A DNA stretch of 64,000 nt, from the NCBI GenBank assembly GCA_963826605.1, contig CAWGXN010000001.1, positions 1,769,440 to 1,833,439 on the forward strand, in the 5' to 3' direction. Positions 29,099 to 38,027 of the stretch are shown here, one piece after another (within the stretch, counting starts at the first letter, position 1; each line of letters starts with the position of its first letter). The notes under the pieces are model-generated. The model had not been told where the DNA came from. It worked only from the letters and a program-made list of their open reading frames with translations, and ran no database searches. The stretch is from an uncultured Alphaproteobacteria bacterium (GTDB taxonomy: Bacteria; Pseudomonadota; Alphaproteobacteria; MPNO01; DASWLB01). The position numbers and the translations under genes are program-made.

Positions 29099-29683
29099 GT
29101 GGAAGAGCCTGTCCTCAGCCTGACCTTCCCGCTGCGCGCGTCCGGCGTGCCGTTCGGCGCATGGGCGGCGAGCGGCGACCACCACATCTGGCACGGCCGC
29201 TTCGCGCCCGACCATCCCGCGCTGGAGGTTTGGGAATGGCGCGAGGCGGGCATCGTGCGCCTGCCGCTGGCCGACAATGCGCTGAACATGATCCCCGCCG
29301 GCACGCCGTTCCACATCGAGCATCTGTTCGGGTTCTGGCGCGTCAGCGCGGCGGACACCAACTGGGTCCGCTCGGTGCAGGCGGACGGCGTCTACTACGT
29401 GATGCTGGTCGGCGGGCTGAACGGCGCCGACGTCGCCGAGGAGGCGGCCTGGTTCTGCCCCGGCTGCGGCGGCGAGCTGGTCCGCCACCGCCTCGCGCGC
29501 GGCGGCGATCCGGCGCGCTACTGGCACGCGCAGCTCGACCGCGTCCGCGCGTTCAACGCCGACAATGGCGCGCGCACATGCCGGTCGTGCGGCACCGTCC
29601 ATCCCGCCGTCTACGGGTTCGATCCCGCCTCGGACACGGCGGACGAAGCGCGGGCGCGGCGCGCCGGGTGGGCGGACGTATGA
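29099..29683 (+). CDS. 3-hydroxyanthranilate-dioxygenase-like protein with Cys4 tail, B-type, copy 2
   Basis: GTG 29099, 194 aa. IPAGTPFHIEHLF. C-terminus WFCPGCG..FNADNGARTCRSCGTVHP... Its stop overlaps the next ATG (ATGA). Confidence 0.75.
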   Translation: MEEPVLSLTFPLRASGVPFGAWAASGDHHIWHGRFAPDHPALEVWEWREAGIVRLPLADNALNMIPAGTPFHIEHLFGFWRVSAADTNWVRSVQADGVYYVMLVGGLNGADVAEEAAWFCPGCGGELVRHRLARGGDPARYWHAQLDRVRAFNADNGARTCRSCGTVHPAVYGFDPASDTADEARARRAGWADV

Positions 29684-29986
29684 CCGCGGCGGTCTGCGCC
29701 CTCGCCGAAATTCCCGACGGGGGCAGCCGGCTGGTCGACCAGGCCGGGCGGCGGATCGCGCTGTTCCGAAATCGCGGGCGAGGTGTTCGCCTTCGCCGCC
29801 GCCTGCCCGCACAAGGCGGGGCCGCTCTGGGAGGGCCAGGTGAGCGTCAAGCGCTGCGAGGTCGCGTGCCCTTGGCACCGCTTCCGGTTCGACCTGCGCA
29901 GCGGCAAGAGCGTCACCTACGACAGGCTGGTCGCGCGCACCTATCCGGTCGCGATCCGCGACGGGCAGATCTATGTCGACGCCTGA
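29680..29986 (+). pseudogene. small Rieske [2Fe-2S] protein (NirD-like), copy 2, apparent +1 frameshift
   Basis: MTAAVCALAEIPDGGSRLVDQAGRRIALFR, then (after the AAA run 29769-29771) ..GEVFAFAAACPHKAGPLWEGQVSVKRCEVACPWHRFRF... Length is 1 mod 3. Confidence 0.7.
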
Positions 29987-31163
29987 CGGCGGGGCCGGCG
30001 CGCCGGCGGCCGGAACGCGCTGCCGGGCGGACCATGTCGGCAGCTTCCTGAGGCCGCCCGCGCTGCGCGACGCCATCCGCGCGCACCGGGCCGGCCGGAT
30101 CGGCGACGACGCGCTGGCCGCGGCGACCGACCGCGCCATCCTCGAGATTCTCCAGGTGCAGAAGGACGCCGGGCTGGAGATTTTCAGCGACGGCGAGTAT
30201 CGCCGCGAAAGCTGGCTCAGCGGCCCGCTCGACGCGTTCGAGGGGTTCGTCGACGCCGGCGATGCGGCGGCGGCCGCCCCGCAGAACCGGATGCGCTGGC
30301 GCGGCGCGGCGAACGCCATCGTGCCGACGCCGGACAACCCGGACGCCGCGGCCGCACGCCATCGCGACCCGGTCATCGGCGGCAAGATCCGGGCGAAGCG
30401 CCGCCTGAACGGCGCCGAGGCCGCATTCCTCGCCGCGCACGCGCCGGGGGCGTTCAAGATCACCAATCCCGGCCCGACCTGGTTCCTGCGCCACTGGGCG
30501 CCGGGCATCTCCGAGAGGGCCTACCCCTCGCGCGACGCCGCCCTGGCCGACCTGGTCGCGCTGATGCGCGACGAGATCGCGGCGCTGGTCGCGGACGGCG
30601 TGCCCTACGTGCAGATCGATTCCATCCGCTACGTATTCGACTATTCCGACGAGGCGCGCCGGCGCGAATGGCGCGACTGGGGCGTCGATCCCGACGCCGC
30701 CATCGACCAGGACGTCGCGGCTGACAACGCGCTGATCGCGGGGTTGAAGCGCGACGGTGTGACCTTCGCGCTGCATATGTGCCGCGGGAATTTCTACAGC
30801 CGCTGGTACGCCGAGGGCGGCTATGACCATATCGCCGAGCGGGTTTTCGGCGGGTTGAACTACGACCGGTTCCTGCTGGAATTCGACACCGAGCGCGCCG
30901 GTGGATTCGCGCCGTTGCGCTTCGTGCCGCACGACCGGATCGTCGCGCTCGGGCTGGTCTCGACCAAGACCCCCGCGCTCGAGGACCCCGACGCGCTGCG
31001 CCGCCGGGTGGACGAGGCCGCGCGGTTCGTGCCGATCGAGAACCTGGCCCTGACCGCCCAGTGCGGCTTCGCCTCGGTCGCCGTCGGCAACGAGCTGGGC
31101 TGGGACGATCAGCGGCGCAAGCTCGAGCTGATCGTCGAGACGGCGCGCAAGATCTGGGGATAG
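29973..31163 (+). CDS. cobalamin-independent methionine synthase II family (MetE C-terminal domain-like) protein
   Basis: 396 aa. ALHMCRGN and LTAQCGFAS match the His/Cys Zn-ligand regions of the MetE/UROD-like fold. It overlaps the Rieske gene end by 14 nt. Confidence 0.8.
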   Translation: MSTPDGGAGAPAAGTRCRADHVGSFLRPPALRDAIRAHRAGRIGDDALAAATDRAILEILQVQKDAGLEIFSDGEYRRESWLSGPLDAFEGFVDAGDAAAAAPQNRMRWRGAANAIVPTPDNPDAAAARHRDPVIGGKIRAKRRLNGAEAAFLAAHAPGAFKITNPGPTWFLRHWAPGISERAYPSRDAALADLVALMRDEIAALVADGVPYVQIDSIRYVFDYSDEARRREWRDWGVDPDAAIDQDVAADNALIAGLKRDGVTFALHMCRGNFYSRWYAEGGYDHIAERVFGGLNYDRFLLEFDTERAGGFAPLRFVPHDRIVALGLVSTKTPALEDPDALRRRVDEAARFVPIENLALTAQCGFASVAVGNELGWDDQRRKLELIVETARKIWG

Positions 31164-31302
31164 AGGAGGCCGAAGGCGCCGTATCCGCCGGCACACTCGC
31201 CCTCCGAAAGGCGAATGGCCGGCGGACCGGCGCAAGGCGCGCCGGCGGATGGCCCCATCCCGCCGTGCGCCCTTCGCACCACCCCCTTCACGACCCTGCC
31301 GT

Positions 31303-31515
31303 CTACTTCGTGCGGTCGGGCCGGTCGGCGCCGCGGCCGGCCAGTTCCTCCCGCACGCAGCGCGGCGCCCGCCACAGCGGTTCGGGCCGGCGCGGCGGCG
31401 CGCAGCGCCCGCACATCAGGCGGACCGCCGCGCACCAGTGCCGGGTCCATCCACCGACGGCCCGCGCCTCGCAATAGAGCTCCTCCAATATCCCGTCGCT
31501 TCGCCAACCCGACAT
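31303..31515 (-). CDS. small Cys-rich hypothetical protein (70 aa)
   Basis: A strong RBS (GGGAGGG) lies 5 nt upstream of the ATG. Five Cys residues. I recognise no family. Confidence 0.35.
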   Translation of the reverse strand: MSGWRSDGILEELYCEARAVGGWTRHWCAAVRLMCGRCAPPRRPEPLWRAPRCVREELAGRGADRPDRTK

Positions 31516-31653
31516 GATGCCCTCCCGGGATCACGATGTTCGTGACGGGAATATCGGGCCGTCGGGGCGGCGCACCTGTGCGGCACCGCACACGGGTGTG
31601 CACTTTCGGGGGAAATCTTTGCCGGGCTGGCCGCGGCCGCGGCGCGCGCGGCG

Positions 31654-32361
31654 CTATTTGGGGAGCGCCTCGACCATCGCCTCGAAGGCTGCGACGTCGG
31701 GGATGGTGATCAGCCCGCGGCTCTGCCCGATCAGCCCCGCCGCCCGCCACGCCGCGAGCTGGCGGTTCATCGCCTCGCGGCGGACGCCGACCAGCGTCCC
31801 CAGCTCGCGCTGCGACAGCTTGACCGCGATGGCGACGCCATCGGCTGAGCTGCGGCCGTAGCGCGTCGCCAGCCACAGGAGGATCTTGGCCAGGCGGGCC
31901 GGATGCTCGAGGAAGACGAGGTCCTCGACCTGCTCGCTGGTGCGGCGCAGGCGCTGGCACAGGACCGACAGCAGGCGGATGCCGATATCCGGGTTCTGTC
32001 GCAGAACGGGCAGAAAATCGCGCCGGTCGAGCACGTGCAGGGTCGTCGCCTCCATGGCGATCGCGTCGGCCGTGCGCTCGCGCCCGTCGAGCAGCGCGAT
32101 TTCGCCCAGCACCTCGCCCGCGTCGATCAGGTTGAGCACCACCTCGCGCCCGTCCCACGAGCGCGAGCAGATCTTCACGCGGCCCTCGACGACCAGCATC
32201 ATGCTCGCCCCCGCCTCCCCCTTCCGAAAGATAATTTGGTTGGGGAGGAAGCGCACCGCCCGCATGTGGCGCAGCAGAAGATCCGTCGCGGATTGCGGCA
32301 GATCCCGGAAAAGCCAGATCGACGATAGCGCCGATCGCGCCTGATCGGTCCGCGTGGCCAT
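31654..32361 (-). CDS. Crp/Fnr-family transcriptional regulator
   Basis: ATG 32361. cNMP-binding-like domain (..FRKGEAGASMMLVVEGRVKI..) and a C-terminal HTH (SQRELGTLVGVRREAMNRQL). Confidence 0.85.
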   Translation of the reverse strand: MATRTDQARSALSSIWLFRDLPQSATDLLLRHMRAVRFLPNQIIFRKGEAGASMMLVVEGRVKICSRSWDGREVVLNLIDAGEVLGEIALLDGRERTADAIAMEATTLHVLDRRDFLPVLRQNPDIGIRLLSVLCQRLRRTSEQVEDLVFLEHPARLAKILLWLATRYGRSSADGVAIAVKLSQRELGTLVGVRREAMNRQLAAWRAAGLIGQSRGLITIPDVAAFEAMVEALPK

Positions 32362-32640
32362 GGCCGAGTGTCGCACTATTGCCCTGTACGGTCGAATCGG
32401 GAACCGCCGCCCGGTGCAGCCCGACCAGCATCCGCACCAGATCGTTCCGGTAGCGGTAGGGCGAGACGATCGTGCTGGAGATCGCGGCCGAGCCCGCCGC
32501 CTGAGGCGCGCCGCCGGGTCCTGCGACCGAAGGCGCGCGCGCGGCATCTTCCCCTCGCCGTCCCGCTCGCCTATCTTGCCGCGCATGCAGATCCCAAACC
32601 GTGCCCCGAACGCAACGGGCGCCGCCGTCGTCCCATCGCC

Positions 32641-34256
32641 ATGACCGCGCGCGTCCCCGTCCTGATCGTGGGCGCCGGGCCGGTCGGGCTCGCCGTCGCG
32701 GGCGAGCTCGGCTGGCGCGGCGTCCGCTCCCTGACCGTCGAGCGCGGCGACGGGACGATCACCCAGCCCAAGATGGACCTGATCGGCCCGCGCACCATGG
32801 AGTTCTGCCGGCGCTGGGGGCTGGAGGAGGCGGTGCGCAACTGCCCCTACAACCCCGACCACCCGCAGGACAATGTCTGGCTGGAAAGCTTCACCGGCTA
32901 CGAGTTCGGGCGCGAGCCCTTCCCCTCGCCACGCGAGGAGGAGCCGCCGCCGCAAAGCCCGGTGAAGCGCGAGCGCTGCCCGCAGGACATGTTCGACCCG
33001 ATCCTGCGCCGGTGGGTGGAATCGCTGCCCGAGGCGGACGCTGCGCTTCGAGACGGAGCTGGTCGAGCTTCGAGGAGCGTCCGGACGGCGTCGTCGCCAC
33101 GCTGCGCACGGCCGACGGCCGCACCGAGACAATCGAGGCCGACTATCTCGTCGGCGCCGACGGCGGGGCCAGCACCGTCCGCCAGGCGCTGGGCATCGAG
33201 ATGTCGGGCAAGCCGACCCTCACCTACACCACCAACGCGATCTTCCGCTGCCCCGGCTTCTGGAAGCTGCACGACACGCCGAAGGGGTACCGCTTCATCT
33301 TCATCGGCCCCGAGGGGACGTGGAGCACCATCGTCGCCATCGACGGCTGGGACCGGTACCGCTTCTCGGTCGTCGGCGACGAGACCCGGCGCACCCTGAC
33401 CGAGGACGAGGTGCGCACCCTGATCGTGCGCGCCATGGGCAAGCCCTTCGAATTCGACGTGCTGTCGATCGTGCCGTGGATCCGGCGCGAGCTGGTGGCC
33501 GACCGCTACGGCACCGGGCGCGTGTTCGTCACGGGCGATGCGGCGCACCTCAACTCGCCGACCGGCGCGTTCGGCATGAACACCGGCATGCAGGACGCCG
33601 TCGATCTGGGCTGGAAGCTGGCCGCGATGCTGGCCGGCTGGGGCGGGCCGCGCCTGATGGACTCCTACGAGGCGGAGCGGCGGCCGGTCGCGCTGCGCAA
33701 CGTGCGCGAGGCGACGGCCAATCTGGAGCGCATGATCTCGACGCGCCAGAAGCTGTCGCCGCAGGTGTTCCAGCCGGGCCCCGAGGGCGACGCCGCGCGG
33801 CGCGAATTCGGCGACGCCTACACCGCGACGATGAAGCACGAGTGGTACACGCTGCAGATCCACCTGGGCTACCGCTACGACGCCTCGCCCGTCATCCGGC
33901 CCGACGGAACCGAGCCGCCCGACGACCCGCCGATGGTCTATACCCAGACCTCGCGGCCGGGATCGCGCGCGCCGCACGTCTGGCTGGCGCCCGGCCGCTC
34001 GACCCTCGACCTGTTCGGCCGGGGCTTCGTCCTGCTGCGCTTCGACAAGACGGCCGACACGGCGCCCCTCGCGGCGGCTTCGGCCGAGCGCGGCGTGCCG
34101 CTGGAGGTCGTCGACATCGACCACGCCGAGGCGCGCGAGGCCTATGCGCGCCGCCTGGTGCTGGTGCGGCCCGACGGGTTCGTCGCCTGGCGCGGCGACG
34201 CGCCGCCCGACGATCCGGCCGCGCTGGTCGAGCTGGTCCGCGGCGCAGCGGACTGA
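32641..34256 (+). pseudogene. FAD-dependent aromatic-ring monooxygenase (PHBH/phenol hydroxylase family), two apparent +1 frameshifts
   Basis: VLIVGAGPVGLAVA (GxGxxG) and GDAAHLNSPTGAFGMNTGMQDA. The frame changes near 33031-33040 and again at 33066-33069 (..LPE / TLRFETELVE / FEERPDGVVATL..). Length is 2 mod 3. Confidence 0.75.
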
Positions 34257-34283
34257 TCCCGCCGCGACGGGGCTATCGCACTA

Positions 34284-34425
34284 CCCCTCACCCTGTCCCT
34301 CTCCCAAGGGAGAGGGGACCCGCGGTGCAAACCTTGAACCTCGTCGAGCTAAGACTTGTTCCGACAAGGTAAGGGACGCTGGCGCAGCGTTCCCTCTCCC
34401 GCCGGGAGAGGGACAGGGTGAGGGG
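34284..34425. repeat. MITE/RIME-like element with terminal inverted repeats
   Basis: cccctcaccctgtccctctccc ... gggagagggacagggtgagggg. The internal part resembles the inverted 20076-20165 unit. Confidence 0.8.
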
Positions 34426-34513
34426 CAAACGATGACAGACTCCCGCACTCCGATTGCGGCCTTGATGCTCGGCCGCACTCAGCACGAACGGTCGATGTCC
34501 TGCGCCTCTGGTC

Positions 34514-35240
34514 TCAGAACGTCTCGGCGAAGAAGTCGCGCATCATCCGATAGGACTTCTTGGCGAGCTTCTCGTCATAGCGCTGCTGCGGATTGTTCGC
34601 GCCCACGTCGCAGAACGAATGCACCGCGTGGCCGAACATCATCACCTGCCAGTCGACCTTGGCCTCGGTCAGCTCGGCCTCCAGCGCGTCCATCTGCGGC
34701 TTGGGCGTCACCGGATCGGCCGAGCCGTGCAGCGCCAGCACGCGTCCCTTGACGTTCGGCTTGGCGGCGGCGTCGACCGGGTTGGGCGCGGTGACGTGGA
34801 ACACCACCGTACCCTTGAAGTCGGCACCGGCGCGCGCCTGCTCGAGGGCGAACCCGCCGCCGATGCAGTAGCCGATGGCGCCCTTCTTCGCGGGATCGAC
34901 AACGCCCAGCTTCTGGGCCTCGGCGAACAGGCGCCTCGTACGCCTTCGCGCCGCAGCCAAGGAGGAACTTGAGGTCGTTGCGCACGCCGCGCGAGCTCTT
35001 CATCAGCTCATCGAATGCCTTCTCCTTCTCGCCGTATCCGACGCCGAACATGTCGGCGACCATGACGACGTAGTCCTTGCCCGCCACTTCGCGCGCCATG
35101 TCGATCGAATGGCGGCACACGCCCAGCCAGTCGGGCTGCATGAAGATCGCCGGCCGCTTGGCGGCGACGCTGTCGTCATAGACGATCACCCCCTCGAATT
35201 TCCGCCCGTCGAATTCGTAGGGAACCTTCTTCTCCGCCAT
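34514..35240 (-). pseudogene. dienelactone hydrolase family protein, apparent +1 frameshift
   Basis: MAEKKVPYEFDGRKFEG...GAKAYEA, then in another frame RLFAEAQKLGVVDPAKKGAIGYCIGGGFAL (GYCxGG nucleophile) ..HGSADP..GHAVHSF... The shift lies near 34925-34940. Confidence 0.75.
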
Positions 35241-35375
35241 GCCCGTGCTCTCCCTATGGCTTGTCCCGGCGCGCCCACGGCGCCGGCGCCATTATAGCCG
35301 AACGCGGGCCGTCATGGACGCCCGGCGGCGGGCGCAATATGATCCGAACCGACGGGACCAGCACGGGGACCTCCC

Positions 35376-36338
35376 ATGACCACGGATGCGATGAGCCTCG
35401 CCGACATTCGCGCCCTGCCGACCCTGGACGGGCTTTACCGCGAGCTCGACCGGCTGGACTTCGTGCCGGGCTGGGTGGAGCACAACGGCAACCGCGGCAT
35501 GCCGAACGGCCCGTTCCGCCCGGCCCACTGGTCGTACGACACGGCCAAGGCCGCGATGGACGCGGCGGGCCGGCTGATCAACACCGAGTTGGCCGAGCGG
35601 CGCAACCTTGTGATGCGCAACCCTAACGGCTCGTTCCCGTCGCGCACGCTGGTCAGCGCCTACCAATTGATCCTGCCCGGCGAGAAGGCGCGCAGCCACC
35701 GCCACGCCGCCCACGCCCTGCGCGTGATCATCGACGCCAAGGGCGCTTTCTCGATCGTCGACGGGGAAAAGACGCTGATGGAGACCGGCGACGTGGTGCT
35801 GACGCCCGGCTGGTGCTGGCACGGCCATGGCCATGACGGCGACGACCCGGCCTACTGGTTCGACGGGCTCGACGTGCCGCTCGCCGTCACCCTCGACAGC
35901 ATGCATTTCGACGACCATCCCGACGGTTTCGAACGCGTGACCTCGACGCCCGTCACCTCGCCCATGCGCTTCCCGTGGGACGACACGCAGCGCCTGCTGG
36001 ACGGCGCATCGGCCGATCCCGAGGGCTATTACAGCGTGCGGGTGCGGCTCGACGCGCCGGCGATGACGACGACCGCGCTCTACGTGCAGCGCTGGGAGAG
36101 CGGCACGATCACGCGACGCTTCCGCGCGACGCACAACCAGATCTTCAGCGTGATGGCCGGCAGCGGGGTCTCGATCGTCGGCGACGACACCTTCGCCTGG
36201 AGGCGCGGCGACACGTTCGTGGTGCCGAGCTGGCACTGGGCGAGCCATCGGGCGGAGACCGACGCGGTTCTGTTCTCGATGACCGACGAGCCGCTGATGC
36301 AGTTCTGCCGCTACCACCGCTTCGAGGGCGAAGCGTAG
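35376..36338 (+). CDS. bicupin ring-cleavage dioxygenase (gentisate 1,2-dioxygenase-like)
   Basis: 320 aa. SHRHAAHALRVIIDAKG..GDVVLTPGWCWHGH form the cupin metal motifs. A second cupin half follows. Confidence 0.8.
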   Translation: MTTDAMSLADIRALPTLDGLYRELDRLDFVPGWVEHNGNRGMPNGPFRPAHWSYDTAKAAMDAAGRLINTELAERRNLVMRNPNGSFPSRTLVSAYQLILPGEKARSHRHAAHALRVIIDAKGAFSIVDGEKTLMETGDVVLTPGWCWHGHGHDGDDPAYWFDGLDVPLAVTLDSMHFDDHPDGFERVTSTPVTSPMRFPWDDTQRLLDGASADPEGYYSVRVRLDAPAMTTTALYVQRWESGTITRRFRATHNQIFSVMAGSGVSIVGDDTFAWRRGDTFVVPSWHWASHRAETDAVLFSMTDEPLMQFCRYHRFEGEA

Positions 36339-36364
36339 CGGGCGTGACGGAGGGGAGCGCGAGC

Positions 36365-38017
36365 ATGGTTTCCGCGCCGGTCGGGATCATCGGCGGGGGT
36401 CCCGTCGGCATGGTCCTGGCGATGAACCTGGCCGTGTTCGGCGTGCCGTCGGTCCTGGTCAATATCGAGCCCAGCTCGCGCTGGCACCCCAAGGGCAATA
36501 CCCACAACGCCCGCACGATGGAGCATTACCGGCGGCTCGGCATCGCCGACGAGATCCGCAAGGTTGGCCTGCCGCCCGACCATCCGACCGACGTCGGCTA
36601 CTTCACCACGCTGAACGGCTGGGAGCTGGCGCGCCACCGCATGCCGTCGGAGAACGAGAAGCGGGCCGCGCGCGCCGCCGCCGCGCCGACCGACCAGATT
36701 CCCGAGCCGCTGTTCCGCGCCAACCAGATGTATGTCGAGGCGCGGCTGTTCCAGCACATCCAGACCCTGAAGACGGTCACGCCGCGCTATGGCTGGCGAT
36801 GCGTCGATATCGGCGAGCGGGAGGACGGCTTCTCCGTCGCCATCGAGGAGGTCGCCACCGGCCGGACGGAACGGCTGGCGTGCGACTATCTGGTCGGCTG
36901 CGACGGCGGGCGCAGCTTCGTGCGGCGCTGGCTCGGCATCTCCTACATAGGCGAGCGGCCGCAGGAGCAGGTCTATGGCAGCGGGGCGACCGTGGCGACA
37001 CATATGCGCGCCCCGGCGCTGTACGAGCGCGGCATCCTGAACCGCCGCTGCTGGCAGTACTGGACGGTCAACCCCAACGTGCGCACCAACCTGGTCACGC
37101 TGGACGGCGCCGGCGAGTTCCTGTTCTCGACCCGCATCGGGCGCGTCGACGAGCCGCCCGACCCCGGCTACATCGCCGAGCGCTTCCGGCTGAGCGTCGG
37201 CGAGGACGTGCCGTTCGAGTTCATCGGCCATTGGCCCTGGACCGCGGGGCACGCGCTTGTCGCCGAGAGCTTCGGCCGCGACCGGGTGTGGCTCGCCGGC
37301 GACGCCGTGCATTTGTTCACCCCGACAGGCGGATTCGGCATGAACACGGGCATCGACGACGCCGCCAATCTGGGCTGGAAGCTGGCCGGGATGGTGCAGG
37401 GCTGGGGCGGCCCCGGCCTGCTCGCGAGCTACGCCACGGAGCGGCAGGCCATCGCCTTCCGCAACACCGGCATGGCCAAGCGGTTTTCGCGCCGCCTCGC
37501 CGACGTGCCGGCGCCGCCCGAGCTGTGCGAGGACGGCCCCGCCGGCACCGCCGCCCGCGCCGCGGCCACCGAAGTCGTCTCGACGCTGGGCGAGGAGTTC
37601 GCTTCGCTCGGCATCCAGCTCGGGGCGCGCTACGAAGATTCCCCCATCGTCGCCTCCGACGGCACGGCACCGCCGCCCGACGACCATATCGTCTACACGC
37701 CGAGCGCCTGTCCCGGCGGCCGGGCGCCGCATCTGTTCCTGGCCGGCCAGGCCTCGCTGTTCGACCTGTTCGGGCCAGGCTTCACCCTGCTGCGGCTGCG
37801 TCCTGGCGCACCGGACGGAAACGCGCTGGCGGCCGCAGCCGAGAGGCGCCGCATTCCCTTCGAGGTCGTCGACGTGCCCGCGCCCGAGGCGCGCGAGCTC
37901 TACGGCGCCGACCTCGCCCTCATCCGTCCCGACCAGCACGTCGCCTGGCGCGGCGACCGCCTGCCCGACGACGCGGACGCCCTGCTCGCCCGCCTCACCG
38001 GCCACAAGGCGCGCTGA
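36365..38017 (+). CDS. FAD-dependent aromatic-ring monooxygenase (PHBH/phenol hydroxylase family)
   Basis: ATG 36365. IIGGGPVGMVLA and GDAVHLFTPTGGFGMNTGIDDA, plus a C-terminal thioredoxin-like domain. It is paralogous to 32641-34256 and intact (550 aa). Confidence 0.85.
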   Translation: MVSAPVGIIGGGPVGMVLAMNLAVFGVPSVLVNIEPSSRWHPKGNTHNARTMEHYRRLGIADEIRKVGLPPDHPTDVGYFTTLNGWELARHRMPSENEKRAARAAAAPTDQIPEPLFRANQMYVEARLFQHIQTLKTVTPRYGWRCVDIGEREDGFSVAIEEVATGRTERLACDYLVGCDGGRSFVRRWLGISYIGERPQEQVYGSGATVATHMRAPALYERGILNRRCWQYWTVNPNVRTNLVTLDGAGEFLFSTRIGRVDEPPDPGYIAERFRLSVGEDVPFEFIGHWPWTAGHALVAESFGRDRVWLAGDAVHLFTPTGGFGMNTGIDDAANLGWKLAGMVQGWGGPGLLASYATERQAIAFRNTGMAKRFSRRLADVPAPPELCEDGPAGTAARAAATEVVSTLGEEFASLGIQLGARYEDSPIVASDGTAPPPDDHIVYTPSACPGGRAPHLFLAGQASLFDLFGPGFTLLRLRPGAPDGNALAAAAERRRIPFEVVDVPAPEARELYGADLALIRPDQHVAWRGDRLPDDADALLARLTGHKAR

Positions 38018-38027
38018 TCCGCGCCCG

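Noticed and set aside
29680-29973. Cobalamin or SAM riboswitch upstream of the MetE-like gene
   Set aside because: The gene overlaps the preceding Rieske gene, so there is no leader region to hold a riboswitch.
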